Below, in pieces: positions 12,340-26,953 of a DNA stretch of 64,000 nucleotides. Under the pieces are notes generated by a model. That model saw nothing but the letters and a program-made list of their open reading frames with translations. It was not told the origin of the DNA and made no database searches. This DNA comes from Eledone cirrhosa (Eukaryota), in assembly GCA_964016885.1 (NCBI GenBank), contig OZ024743.1, positions 264,802,001 through 264,866,000 on the forward strand. Direction: 5' to 3'. The translations under genes and the position numbers were made by a program. The first letter of the stretch is position 1, and each line of letters starts with the position of its first letter.

Positions 12340-12890
12340 ATGTTTGTTTTCTCTTTCTCTTAATTTCGAGTATATTTTTTTGACCGGCCACCTTCCTGGT
12401 GGCAAGGTTGTAAAAGAAAAGAAATTGTCATCCCTTGAATCGCAAGAATGTTTTGCATATTTTGAAGGTGCCAGCTATCGCAGCCATTTGTAGACTATGA
12501 ATTAGGGAGCTGCGCTTTTTGTCCGCAAATCCAAGTTCGATCATACTTTGTATGTATGTATGTATGCCTGTATGTATGCATGTATGTATGTATGTATGTA
12601 TGTTATATCTCTTTCTCTTAATTTCGAGTATATTTTTTTGACCGGCCACCTTCCTGGTGGCAAGGCTGTAAAAGAAAAGAAATTGTCATCCCTTGAATCG
12701 CAAGAATGTTTTGCAAATTTTGAAGGTGCCAGCTATTGCAGCCATTTGTAGACTATGAATTAGGGAGCTGCGCTTTTTGTCCGCAAATCCAAGTTCAGTC
12801 ATACTTTGGTCCAAGCGGGTTGGTATATAACCCGTAGCTCCAATAATGATGGGTATGAAGCTAATGGTGTATCTTGGATACTGGATTTGT
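12340..12890 (-). mobile_element. Two tandem 5'-truncated 3' ends of an RLE-type non-LTR retrotransposon embedded in (TATG/CATA)n
   Basis: ORF 12686-13024 [13 protein letters not shown]...LGF...LQMAAIAGTFKICKTFL resembles an RLE C-terminus; ~12345-12550 repeats at ~12605-12808; (TATG)n on all sides. Confidence 0.7.
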
Positions 12891-13247
12891 ATGTATGTAT
12901 GTATGTATGTATGTATGTATGTATGTATGTATGTATGTATGTATGTATGTATGTATGTATGTATGCCTGTATGTATGTATGTATGTATGTATGTATGCAT
13001 GTATGTAAGTATATATGTATGCAATTTGTGTGTGTGCTTGTGTGTGTATTGTTCCTGGCTTTAAAATATTAGTTTGATTTCTAATAAATAAATAAAATTT
13101 CATGTTTGAAATTTTGAAAAGAAATGCAAGGAAGTCAGTTTCAGTTTCAGGAAAGGGGGTCTTCATAATTTCGCTCTTCCACATACAGAGTTCATATGCA
13201 ATAGCCACCACCTATTCATGTATATAAGTATATATATATACACACAA

Positions 13248-13291
<44 letters not shown>

Positions 13292-13292
13292 G

Positions 13293-13378
<86 letters not shown>

Positions 13379-13389
13379 ATATATATATA

Positions 13390-13527
13390 ATAAGGAGTTG
13401 ACGGACCCAGCATATTTATCAATGCCAGGACCGGTTGTATCTCACCGTACGCAATAGGTAATGTAGGATAGGTTCCCAGAATATACACATAGATATTCAC
13501 TTCAATACAACACACGTAGAACGGGTG

Positions 13528-13532
<5 letters not shown>
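13390..13532 (-). repeat. 3' fragment of the repeat family at 60420-60680 and 61262-61522
   Basis: Reverse complement matches ataggcacccgttt...tgctgggtccgtcaactcctta. Confidence 0.8.
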
Positions 13533-13578
<46 letters not shown>

Positions 13579-14095
13579 GTATGTGCAGTGGCGGACTGGC
13601 CAGGTTGCCAGGTCGCACAATGGCAAGTGGGCCCAGGGTGGCCACGGTAGCATTGCAGTTGCCCACAGTAGCATTGGAGGGCTCACTGTATTATTTTAGG
13701 GGCCGATGCTTTGCTTTCAAAAAATATCTTAAATCTAAGAGTAAGAAAAAAATTGTTTAAAAATAAATTAAATGATTAAGCAAAGCATTTGGTCAACCAA
13801 TTCCGCACGGAATTAATAGAAACTAAAATATATGATAGAGCAAATAGCTGGAATCAGTAGTTGTACATTCTACTAAATCTAAGGCTTTGTGTATTCATTC
13901 ATGCATGCAAACATACATATATTGACACACACAAGCATATGTCTATATGAAATTTCGTTTCATTCTTTTCCATTTATCGTTTTCGGTGCGCCCGGCCGAC
14001 TAACTCACTCGATATGCAAATTAGGCTGCTCAGCCGTTAATATGAATAAGCAAAGTATATACTTTCAGACGTTCAATCATGTGGCAAGGAAGTAT

Positions 14096-14138
14096 ACGAT
14101 GCTGACGATGGGTAATAAGCTTGAAACTAGTACATCGT
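14096..14138 (+). ncRNA. Type I hammerhead ribozyme motif (family A)
   Basis: acgatg-CTGACGA-tgggtaataagctt-GAAA-ctag-TA-catcgt: 6-bp stem I, intact core, palindromic stem III; stem II weakened. Confidence 0.8.
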
Positions 14139-14283
14139 TCCTGTGTCAGTGTTGAACAAAAAGGTGAAGATGGTTGCCTGAACACTGTACGACATATGTA
14201 TATATGAAATTTCGTTTCATTCTTTTCCATTTACAAGCATATGTATACACTTTCAGAGGTTCAATCAACTGGCAAGAAGGTAT

Positions 14284-14326
14284 ACGGTGCTGACGATAGC
14301 TAATAAGCTTGAAACTAGTACATCGT
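14284..14326 (+). ncRNA. Type I hammerhead ribozyme motif (family A)
   Basis: acggtg-CTGACGA-t-agc-taataa-gct-t-GAAA-ctag-TA-catcgt. Confidence 0.85.
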
Positions 14327-14676
14327 TCCGTTGTCAGTGTTGAACAAAAGGGCAACGATGGTTGCTAAACACTGTACGGCTTAATTCAAGATGTTTGTTT
14401 ACAAACAAACCGAGCATTATAATAAATGTTTGATAAATCCATACGTACATATACATATGTGTGCATGTATGTATATATATACATACTACTGTACGCCTGT
14501 ATACATATATGTATGTACGTATACATACTTATATTTAAGTAACAGCCGTACTAACAGTGAGAAATGAAATTTCTTTTCACTTTTTCGATCTATATATATA
14601 TATAAAGAAAAAGAGATGGAATCGAAAATGCAACTGGAGTCTTATTTTTTTTTTAAATATATATATTTATTTGGTT

Positions 14677-14714
14677 CCTTTACCGGTTTCGCAGTTCTTC
14701 TGCTTTTCAAAAGG
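14677..14714 (-). ncRNA. Type I hammerhead motif, U3-A8 core variant (family B)
   Basis: Reverse complement of 14776-14813. Confidence 0.75.
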
Positions 14715-14775
14715 TGAGTTGAGATGGAGGGTCTGTGGTTTTTCTGAAAAACCACAGACCCTACATCTCAACTCA

Positions 14776-14813
14776 CCTTTTGAAAAGCAGAAGAACTGCG
14801 AAACCGGTAAAGG
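14776..14813 (+). ncRNA. Type I hammerhead motif, U3-A8 core variant (family B)
   Basis: cctt-TTGAAAA-gcag-aagaa-ctgc-GAAA-ccgg-TA-aagg. Confidence 0.8.
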
Positions 14814-14945
14814 AACCAAATAAATATATATATTTTAAAAAAAAATAAGACTCCAGTTGCATTTTCGATTCCATCTCTTTTTTTTTATACTTTCACTCGT
14901 GTAGGACACCTCGGTTATTTTTCATTTTGTTAAAAAAAACCTCAC

Positions 14946-15059
<114 letters not shown>

Positions 15060-15470
15060 ACGCAAACATTCACACGAACTACTGACCAAATAATGTTTGG
15101 GATCAATGGGTTAATACATCTGTCAAATCAATTAGTGGTGAAGGTGGTGTATATATATATTTTATATAAATATATATATATATATATATATACACCCCTG
15201 ACACATATATATATTATATATATATATTGATTAAGTGGGAAAGACCAAAGTTCATTATTGAAAGTCTTTTTATTTCGCAAAATATATCATATTTTTAATT
15301 GGTGAAGGTAAGATATTTTTCTAAAAAAATTTGATTGCACTGGTTTCTTTCCACCTATGTATTTTTTGAAAATGTTATGTATTCATTATAAAAATTAGAT
15401 TATAGCATTCTATATGTAGGTGGGCCGCCTTCATCTCCTAGCAACCAATAATTTTAGATCCAGTCCTCCA

Positions 15471-15661
<191 letters not shown>

Positions 15662-16249
15662 GGCAATCATTGTAAGTTTGTATTTTACTGACACGCAAAT
15701 ATATATATATATATTTGAATAAGGTAAGCCCAAATCATAGCATATTCAAACATCACAGAGTGAAATAGAGAGAGAGAGGTGGAGAGAAATGAGGTGCAAC
15801 AGAAATGAAGAATGAATGTATGTATAGTATATTTGGCAATATACCGTATGTTTAATTAAAAACATTTAGTACATTCATGTATACATCGCTATTTCAGAGC
15901 ACCAATCCTAATACCTAATTTTTGCTGGACCGGCAATCGCTCTGTATAGTCAGCTCCTGATTATTACTGAAATTCTATAAGAATCCAGCTTCTATAATTT
16001 TTGGCGAAGGCAGGGGCGTACGTGGCTCTGATGAACGCCAAGCAGCATGAAACCAACTGTCAGCTGGTCTACCTTCTTTCACCGAAAAGAAGTAAGTGCC
16101 AGATTCACTACTTTAAAATTGATAGCGTATGGTCTTCTAAATGTTTATTATTACAAATACGGTATATTGCCAAATATACTATACATATATTCAATGTAAT
16201 GATTATTTAAAAAGACTATACATATATATATATATATATATATATAAAC

Positions 16250-16942
16250 AGATTTCGCTTCAAGCATAGCGTTATACAAAATGTATAGACATTTCGTATT
16301 TCTAAAGAAACACGGTTTTAGGAAGCCATAGCTATGCAAACACCAGGGATAACGCCCTATGGTGGTGTCGAGCAGACACAAGGGGGACAACCGTCGATGC
16401 ACTTCACGCTTGACTGGGATTCTTCGGGACGGTCCCTCCCACTGCTTGCAACTGGTGGACTTAAAAACAGTCGAGAAAATATAGTTTCTCGTCTGTGTAA
16501 TTGAGATGATTAAACTCATTTACATATGAAGCTGTATAAGTTGGCTCAAGTTATAATAGAAGAGAATAGGATTACGCTTCAAGCATAACGTTATACAAAC
16601 ATGTAAAGAAATTTCGTATTTCTAAACAAACACGGCATGTTTACAGATACACATTTAGAAGGCTGTAGCTATGCAAAAAAACACCTGGGCTAACGCCCTC
16701 TAGTGGTGTCCAGCAGCAGCAAGGGGGACAATCATCGATGCTCGACTGTTTTCAAGTCCAGCAGTCGCAAGTGTGGGACGGATCGTCCTGATGATGGTTG
16801 TCCCCCTTGCTTCTGCTGGACACCACCAGAGGGTGATAGTAACCGGGTTTTGGGGGGATGGCTACGGCTTTCTAAATGTTTCTTTAGATATACGAAATGC
16901 TGTATACATATCTGTATAGGGCTGTGCCTGAAGCGAAATTCT
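16250..16942. repeat. Two direct copies plus one inverted copy of a ~200-bp repeat with a degenerate hammerhead (16390-16433, - strand)
   Basis: Copies at ~16250-16475, ~16570-16740 and inverted ~16741-16942; minus strand accgtc-CCGAAGA-...-GAAG-tgca-TC-gacggt; the third copy shows atcgtc-CTGATGA. Confidence 0.7.
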
Positions 16943-17206
16943 AATTATATATATCTATATAATTTCAATCATAGTAAATTTGAATCTGACATGCAAAAAC
17001 ATATATATATGAAGAAAGTAACCCCGAATCATAGTAGATTCAAATATCACAGAGAGAAAGAGGGGGTAAATGAGGTGCAACACAAATGGATTACAGGTTA
17101 AAATATAATCTAGATAGATGAGCAAAAAAAAACGAGGATGCATTTCATAGAACACCCAAATGAATTAGAAGTCAACGTTAAGTAGGAGCAATAACATTAA
17201 GAATGA

Positions 17207-17552
17207 CATGAACGAAACCAGATCATTTTTAAAATGTTTGAAAGTAGGTTTATAAATATGAATTTTCACAAATTTTTTCTTAGTCTCTGTGGCCTAGCGG
17301 TCTGCACTAAAGGCGGTGGAGATTCTGGCCATGTGTTCAATCCCGGTCAAGGTGTAATATTATTTAGTTTTTGTTTCACATTCCATACAAAAAAAAACTG
17401 AAAAGGTTTACCAGGAACCTTACTCCCGACCAGGATCGAGCTTCAGACCAGGATCACCACCTGCTATGATTCCTCCAACTAGGCCGCCGAGATAGTTACG
17501 AAAATTAATAATTGTAAACCTACTTTCAAAATCAAATTTAAAACGTTATGGA
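17207..17552. repeat. Fold-back element with inverted ends and two convergent tRNA-like segments (copy 1)
   Basis: tttgaaagtaggttta / taaacctactttcaaa inverted ends; gtggcctagcggt...gttcaatcccgg on +, and a related segment on -. Confidence 0.65.
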
Positions 17553-17689
17553 TTTCCTAGAGCTATTAGTCATATTTAGGGTCGACTTCTCAATATTCTG
17601 GTTCTTTAGTGACAACCTTTTTATTCCTATGTGTGTTTAACTGTTGAATTAATTAAATTTGACTATTGTAACAAACAAATAATCTCCCC

Positions 17690-17734
<45 letters not shown>

Positions 17735-17783
17735 ACTCTCTCTAACTCTCTCTCTCTCTAACTCTCTCTCTCTCACTCTCTCA

Positions 17784-17843
<60 letters not shown>

Positions 17844-17849
17844 CAAAGG

Positions 17850-17975
17850 AATTGTGGTAAGGAACCAGATGGACCATAACGCACCAGAGTACTCAATACT
17901 TAGGGTAGTAGAGTGGGAAATAGGAAAAAGTATGACCCCGACGGCAGAGCTAAAGCCGTTTCGACGGCTATTTCT
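17850..17975 (-). repeat. Unfolded copy of the repeat that forms the 3774 palindrome
   Basis: Reverse complement matches 3836-3955. Confidence 0.8.
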
Positions 17976-18665
17976 GGACTAAATAGGAATGTTTAGCCTG
18001 GTGAATAATAGCCAAACTTGTCAAGGGCGTACTTCCTTATATGAAAGATTGTAGTTGTCTAGGGGATTGGTTAAAATTTGTTGTAAACACAAATAAGTCT
18101 ATCATGGCATTTGGTGGGAGGTAGGGTGGCTGAACTTGCCTGTAGAACAATAGGGGAGTGAGTGGAGCGGTCAAGCGTTGAAATGATATGTATACAGCAG
18201 ATTCTAAGGATAGTGTATGAAATGGAGGGGGGAGGTTATAGAATAGGTAATTCGAATGAGAGTAGGAGACAATAAAAGATAATAGAAATAAATAAAAAAA
18301 TATATAAAATTAGATAGTGAGAAATGAATAAAAAAAATCACAATGCTATCTTACAATTACAGGTTAATAAGTTGAGAGTAGAAATTGAGTAGTAACAAAA
18401 CTGATACAAAATTAAAGGGTTCTAACACATCTTCTATAAGTAATTAGTAAAACGTTTTCGGCCAATTCTATCTTAAAATTACAGGGGTGGGGACTGATGC
18501 TAAAGAGACCCGATGGGATGCATCGGGGTAGGCGAAAAGGGAAAAGCAGACGAGGAAGAAAATAGGGGGTGGAAGGAAGTGATAGGATGAGACAGGGGGA
18601 AGAAGAAGACAAAGAGGAAAAGAAAAGAGATACATCTATAGTAGTAGAAATAACATTAAGAAAGA

Positions 18666-19011
18666 CATGAACGACACCACATCATTTTGTTTTGAAAATT
18701 TTGAAAGTAGGTTTATAATATGAATTTTCATTGTCTCTGTGGCCTAGGGATTGGTAATAGAGACGGTGGAGATCCTGGTCTTGGTTTCAATCCTTGTCAC
18801 GAGGTACATGTAAACTTTATCAGTTTTTATTTTACAACCCATAGAAAAAAAAACTGAAATGGTTTACTGGGAACTCTACTCCCGACCACGATCATCACCG
18901 TCAATGATTCCTCCAACTAGGCCGCCGAGACAGTTACAAAAGTATAATGAAAATAAATAATTATAAACCTACTTTCAAAATCAAAGTTAAAAGTTTGTGG
19001 TGTCGTTCATG
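18666..19011. repeat. Fold-back element with two convergent tRNA-like segments (copy 2)
   Basis: catgaacgacaccac...gtggtgtcgttcatg terminal inverted repeat; direct repeat of 17207-17552. Confidence 0.7.
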
Positions 19012-19074
19012 GCTCTCCTGGCAAAAGTTTTATTGCACTGTTTTGTTTCCACTTATGTATTTTTTGAAAATGTT

Positions 19075-20235
<1,161 letters not shown>

Positions 20236-20241
20236 TAACTA

Positions 20242-20408
20242 TTTCTACTTTAGACACAAGGCCAGCAATTACCCAGTGCCTTACTGGTACTTTATTTTAT
20301 CGACCCTGTAAGGATGAAAGGCAAAGTCAACCTCGGAGAGTCGTAAAGGGACGTAACTATGCTGGAAAGCATGGTTTCTGACCCTCTACCGATACTGCCA
20401 ATCCACCG
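20242..20408 (-). mobile_element. tRNA-derived SINE
   Basis: Family core; internal deletion at the B box. Confidence 0.8.
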
Positions 20409-20413
20409 ATAAC

Positions 20414-20800
<387 letters not shown>

Positions 20801-21322
20801 CATATATATATATATATACAAGATCATGCTTCTGCCTGCTACTGGTATCATATAACCAAGTACAGTCTGCGAATTTTCGGCGACCGAACCAGCTCCCCGG
20901 CAGACCCTGGTCTGGTAAGGAAGATTTGAGAAACCCCAGGAGCATAACAAAAACAAGACCTTTTAAAAGGGCGAATGAAGTCCTGAGAGCCAACGGCCAT
21001 CGTCCAGAACTATGGGTTAAATAACCTCAATTGGCCAAACGTTGACAGTAGGGCTATACCCCTGACATGACCAAAACCGTACAGAAATTGGCGGTGGTTA
21101 ACCAGGGAAGGGTTCCTTTTACAGGAGTGAGAAGGCTCTGTATTGGATTGGATATATATATACATATATAGATAGATACACACAAAAATATATGCAGACA
21201 GGCTCATAGATATGTATCTACATACATGCATAAACAAATACATACATACATACATATATAAACAGATGCATACATATACATTTTATTCAGTCCTTAAATC
21301 AGTTTCTGAGAGTGACATTTAT

Positions 21323-21418
<96 letters not shown>

Positions 21419-21696
21419 AGGGCATGAGATCTGATATATAAGTTTTTGCAAATAATATATATTTTTGTCATGTTTATTTACATACAAGTCAAATATATTT
21501 TCCTTCCGTCCCGTAACATCTGGTAAACACAATTGGTTACTCTACTTAAATACGGCGATTTGGGGCATTTTATTTAAAACTCGAAATATATCTCCATACA
21601 TTTTATAATAATTCACATATTCCACTTCATATGCTGATTCCTTTTGATGAAAAAAAAATATTCATATACCAGCCTATTATATGTATTATTACATAA

Positions 21697-21888
21697 TAAT
21701 TGTTTCTACGTTTGGTACAAGGCTCGCAATTACCCCAGTGCATTGCTGGTGCTTTATTTTATCGACCCCGTAAGGATGAAAGGTAAAGTTAACGGCGGTG
21801 GGATTTGAACTCAGACCATAAAGTGAAGTAACTCTATGCTGCAAATCATGGCGTCAGACCCTCTCCCGATACTGACAATCCACCGCCC
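21697..21888 (-). mobile_element. tRNA-derived SINE
   Basis: Family head, core and tail. Confidence 0.85.
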
Positions 21889-22396
21889 TATTACATAATA
21901 ATAGGTGAACATCACGGCCTCAGCCGACTAACCACACTTTTTTCCCGCTATGTTTTTCCACCAAGACATAATGCATTATTCAGTACTAGAGTATGATGCG
22001 TTAGATGCAATATGTATGTATAAGAGTCTGAAAGGTCCAGGACGCAATGTTTTATGACACATTTTAATCGAAAAAGAGATAAACATCGCAACAACTAAAT
22101 AATATTAAAAGTGTTACTCACTCTGACATCTCTATATGTTACTAAAATTTGTTTATAGAAAAAAGAAATCACAACAATTATACAAACAACAGAAAATAAG
22201 AGCAAAATTACAACAAAAATAACAAACTCTACCATAAATGTAAACAACACGTGCCACAATTTCTCCTAAAAAATCAGTCTCATCAATCAAAAAAAAAAAA
22301 AAAAGTGGAATTAATATTCATTCTATATAAGAATAATTTTGTATGGTATTATATATGGTATTATATATATATATATACACATAGATATATATATAA

Positions 22397-22555
<159 letters not shown>

Positions 22556-23628
22556 TGTGTGTGAGTGTGTGGGTGTGAGATTTAGCGGATCTTGGTAATT
22601 GCAATTTAGAAAACGTGAGAATGCAAGCGCAGAAAATATCTGTAAGAACAGTCAGTTACTATAAATAATCATTTTAGAAAATTGCTTAAAATATCCTAAG
22701 GGAAAGAAACAATTTGCATCGGAGAAACGAATTCCGTATCTCCGGTGCATTTAAACAGATCACTGGACAGATTTTACGGGCAAACCCAACTAGCAGGACA
22801 CCCATGACACAACTAATGAAGTAGCTCGGACCGAGTCAAGGAAACAATGAGTGATGGGGTGCCAAAAATTAAAAGCATTCTTATCAAAAGGATCCGAAAT
22901 TGAAAAGCTATAAAAAGATGTGCAGGAAACTCATTTATCTTTTGCTTACTCCTATATCGTCATCGTTAAAATAAGTAGTAGTAAAAAAAATAAAACATAC
23001 ATGCATGCAAATTAAAAAGACAAGTGTTACCCTCTACCTCACTTTCATTTAACGATCGAGTAATATATTTCTATGCTTAAGTACCCATAGATCACTTAGT
23101 TAATATGTGTGGACCCCATATTTAAAAAAAATTATTTTTAATATGAAAAATTGACGTTGGAAAGTCATATTCTATGCGCCAATAGAATTTAAATTGCACT
23201 TAAATATATGCATTTTATTTATAAATTTCACATCAGTAAACCATTATGTATCTTGAGAGAGAGAGAGGGAAAGGGAGGGAGCGATAATGAGAGAGAAATG
23301 TGGGTGCTTAGGATGGAGTCCGAATGTGGCGGCGGCTGTGGTGGAGGTGGCGGCGGCTGTGGTGGTGTTGGTGGTGAAATTATTTGGATGTTGTTTGCTT
23401 CCATTTGTGACCATTTGTAACCATTTTCATTTTTGACTATAAAATTCCTGATAAAAATTAAATATTAAATATTGAGCCCTATGCCATAATTTTATGCGTT
23501 GTCACTTCCTGAGAGTAAAAAACTGGTATCTTATTGTTTTAAATATGTAAAACATCAAAAACTTACGGCAGCGATTCCATAACAATCTATCCACCATGTG
23601 CGTATCTTCACTATTATTATTATTTCAC

Positions 23629-24699
23629 AGTTCGCCTGGTACGTTTTCCGACAGCTCGTCTCCTTGACGGAGCTGCAGTCCTGGGTCAGGAAAAGACCGA
23701 GGGATAGCGCTTGGAAACTGGAATGTCTCCATGTGTTCACTGCCCTTTGCCAGCTGGGCACCAGTATCGGTGGAACATCCATCTCGGCGTTCTATAGAGG
23801 ACTAGTGGAGAGGAAGAGCGACAACGTTCTCGGAGAGATCCGAGGCGTCGAAGAAGATCAGCTGTTTACTCTCTTCTGGAGAACTTTCAGCCCAGGGCCT
23901 ATGGATAAATACCCAAAACCCTGGCCTAACAGTGCTACCGAGGAGCCTTGCCAGTTCGAGATTAGCTCTACAGGCACGGAAGTGCCGTCAGCCGAGCCTG
24001 TCCGAGATGCGCGCAGAGCGATAAAATCGTCGTGCAAGCACTCGTTCAGTGCCCGAGCATTACTGACTTGTGGAAATATGTTGAACAGTTGCTGTCGCGT
24101 GTAGGACTGATCCGGTTATCGACTGAGTTCATTGTGCAGATGGTCTCGCCGTCTTCCTTCCAGGAGGAAGGGCAGGCAGTTTTCATCTGCCGTTGGCCAT
24201 GGCGAAAGAGATTGTGTGGTGGACAAGGTTGAAAGATTTAAAGACAGACACTTTCCTTTTCGAAGTTTAACTTGAAGAGGAAAATCAGGGTGGGGAGAAA
24301 AGTGCTGCCTTCTAGCAAGTTTGTTGAAAGGTGGGTGAATGTAGCGAGAATGGTCCGAATGAACGGGACCGCTCTGAATATACGCTTGTAGTTTGAGAAA
24401 TGGAAAAGTTGAGAGAGGGCGCTTGCACTGGTGGTCGTGGTGGCCGTGGTCTTTTGTGTGCTTTTCGCCACGAGTAAACCTCGGAAGTTTCGCCCCTATT
24501 GGGGAATTTTTCATTGTTTCAATTTTCATTTTTATTGTTTATATATATATATATATGTTGCTATGTCTTTTTTTTCTTTTCTTATATAAATAATAAAAAT
24601 CTTTACATGCACAAAACCCACATCGTACCGTCCTGTACCTCCCTGTGCCGTCTGTAAAGTTTTTTCTTGATGACAGCCCTTGTGGCAAATAAAGAAATC
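23629..24699 (+). mobile_element. 5'-truncated, decayed Tx1/L1-clade LINE (ORF2 3' end and 3' UTR)
   Basis: QLVSLTELQSWVRKRPRDSAWKLECLH matches the ORF2 at ~29600; ends aataaagaaatc(att)n. Confidence 0.9.
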
Positions 24700-24927
24700 A
24701 TTATTATTATTATTATTGGCGACCTACGTAGTAAATCGTATCATCGTGAGCTCCGCAAAGGTTTGTTATTTCCGTTTGTTAAAAATTGCCAATTATGGAA
24801 AATGTTTATTGTTAACCATATATAAGCGCACATACATTGTTTTCCGAAAAGGACAACCAAAAAGATTGGGGCCTTGTGCCCAAAATTTTAACTTTTATTA
24901 TTATCAAAAAATTTCTTTGAAAAATAA

Positions 24928-26924
24928 ATGGCTAATTCACCTCTGCACCAAACAGCTGAAAGCCTTCTTCACAAATTAACACCTCACACCGACACCACCA
25001 TTGTAAATGTTACTACGTTTGCCAACTCTAAAAAAAATATAAGCACTAGCAATATTTTAAATTTGTCTCAGGCAGACATTCATTTCCCGCCATTACCAAT
25101 GACTGCAGGTGTTAAAGCCTCCACCGCCACCACCACCGCGACAACCACCACCCCCACCACCACTGCGACAACAGAAACAAAAGAAGAAAAAAATAAATTA
25201 ACTCGTGATGTCGAAATGAAATCAAGCAAAATGGACTCTTCCCCACCAAAGACGACTGACGTCACCACAACCACAACTGAAACTAAAATTAATATTAACA
25301 CAAATAACGATAGCAACAACAACAACAATGACATTATAAAATCGACCCTCAGTTTCGCCAGATTAGCAAAACAGTTCGAAGCATTTACGGTAACTCAGGA
25401 GGGTTTAGAAAATGCCAAACAAATGGTAAAGAAAGATGGGTACAGGGTCAGCCCCCCCCCCCACACACACACCTAATAAAATGGAGCATCGGCGCCTATG
25501 CACCGTGTCGTATCGAACAATAAATGTAAAATCGCGCCGATTTGAACGGGCATCCGAGTCCCAAATCCAAAAAGCTTTGGGACATGTGTGGGCAAGAAAA
25601 ACCCACATCAGACGTGGGCAGAAGTATGGAACCGTGGACGTGTTCTTTGAAACACCAGAGGAGGCTAGAGAACATTCCATGGCCCCATTAAGAAGTGACG
25701 ACTTCTCACTCGTCCCAAGCTATTGTGGCCAGAGACTCGTAATGATCAGGGTGACCCACGTTCCACCGGCCATCGAAATTCCCTTGCTAATAGCGGCCGT
25801 CCTCGCCGGCATCGAAGCCAACACAAAAATAATAGCAATAGCAAAAGAAAAGCAAGAGAACTGGTCCGGATCTGGGATGGAGCTCCTGATCCAAGCGGAC
25901 CAAAAAAGCATTGAGGAAATCCCAGAGGTAATAGACCTCACTGACGGCAGCCACCTCACGGTAATTGTCGAGGGCAGAAGACCTAGGTGTGTCGTTTGTG
26001 GTGAAGGAACCCACCTAAGGGATTTCTGCCCTCAGGCTAAAAGGTTGAGGCCACCTCTCCTACCCACCCCAGTGACACAACCATCAACACCACCAGTAGC
26101 AGAGATGGCAGCAACAACTGTAGCAGCAACAACAGAAGCAACTATAACAGCAACAACCCCAGCAACAGTAGCAAAACCAACACCACCACCACCAGCAAAA
26201 CCAACACCACCACCACCCAACGCTTCAGAACTAGCACCAGCGCCTACACCATCCACCACGCCACAACCAAAACTAACGCCTGTGGAGGATTTTCCACTCC
26301 CCGGCCTATCACAACTGGAGACAGATTGTGACGACGAGGAGTGGGAAACGATATCCGGAAAAAAAAAGAAACCAAAAAAGAAAAAAATATCTTCCTTCCC
26401 CCTCCAAAAACAAAATACAGAGGGAAACAAGTAAACTAAGAAACAAAAAAGTTAGGACAGATATACCACCATCCAGACCAGCATCACCAACCCCATCAAC
26501 CCAAACACCAACACCATCACCATCATTAACCCCAACACCACCATCACCTACACCACAAAAGTCACCAAAATGCGAAACAGAAACAAACCCACAACAAACG
26601 CAAACAAAACAAAACAACCAAAACGATACACACTACACAGCATTAAATTTGAACAACAAGCAATTATTACACTACATCCAACACAACACCAGCATCACAG
26701 AAAAAGACTACACAACAACCCCAAAATTCACACCACCTCCACACATACAAATCACTCGCATCACACAGAAAACGTACATGACACTAAAACAAAAATTCCC
26801 CAAAGACATCGGAGACATCCGACAAGCACTCTCCAGGAGGATTTATAAGGACATCCTTCCTGAGGAGGCCACAAGCAGTGAAAAGGATGGAAAAACCGTC
26901 CTTCCCCTACGAGAAGTAAGGTAA
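24928..26924 (+). CDS. LINE ORF1 (gag-like, CX2CX4HX4C zinc knuckle, Pro/Thr-rich), split by two homopolymer frameshifts
   Basis: Overlapping ORFs 24928-25476, 25436-26434 and 26328-26924 overlap at a C-run (~25452-25462) and A-runs (~26359-26388); motif CVVCGEGTHLRDFC. Confidence 0.75.
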
Positions 26925-26953
26925 GTGGTCTTTCCCATCTTTTCCTTTTCAAC

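Larger units (their letters stand above)
13949..14580 (+). repeat. Tandem hammerhead-bearing repeat (retrozyme/PLE terminal-repeat-like), family A
   Basis: Unit marker gaaattt(c)gtttcattc at ~13949, ~14206 and ~14566; same family at 59075-60130. Confidence 0.85.
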
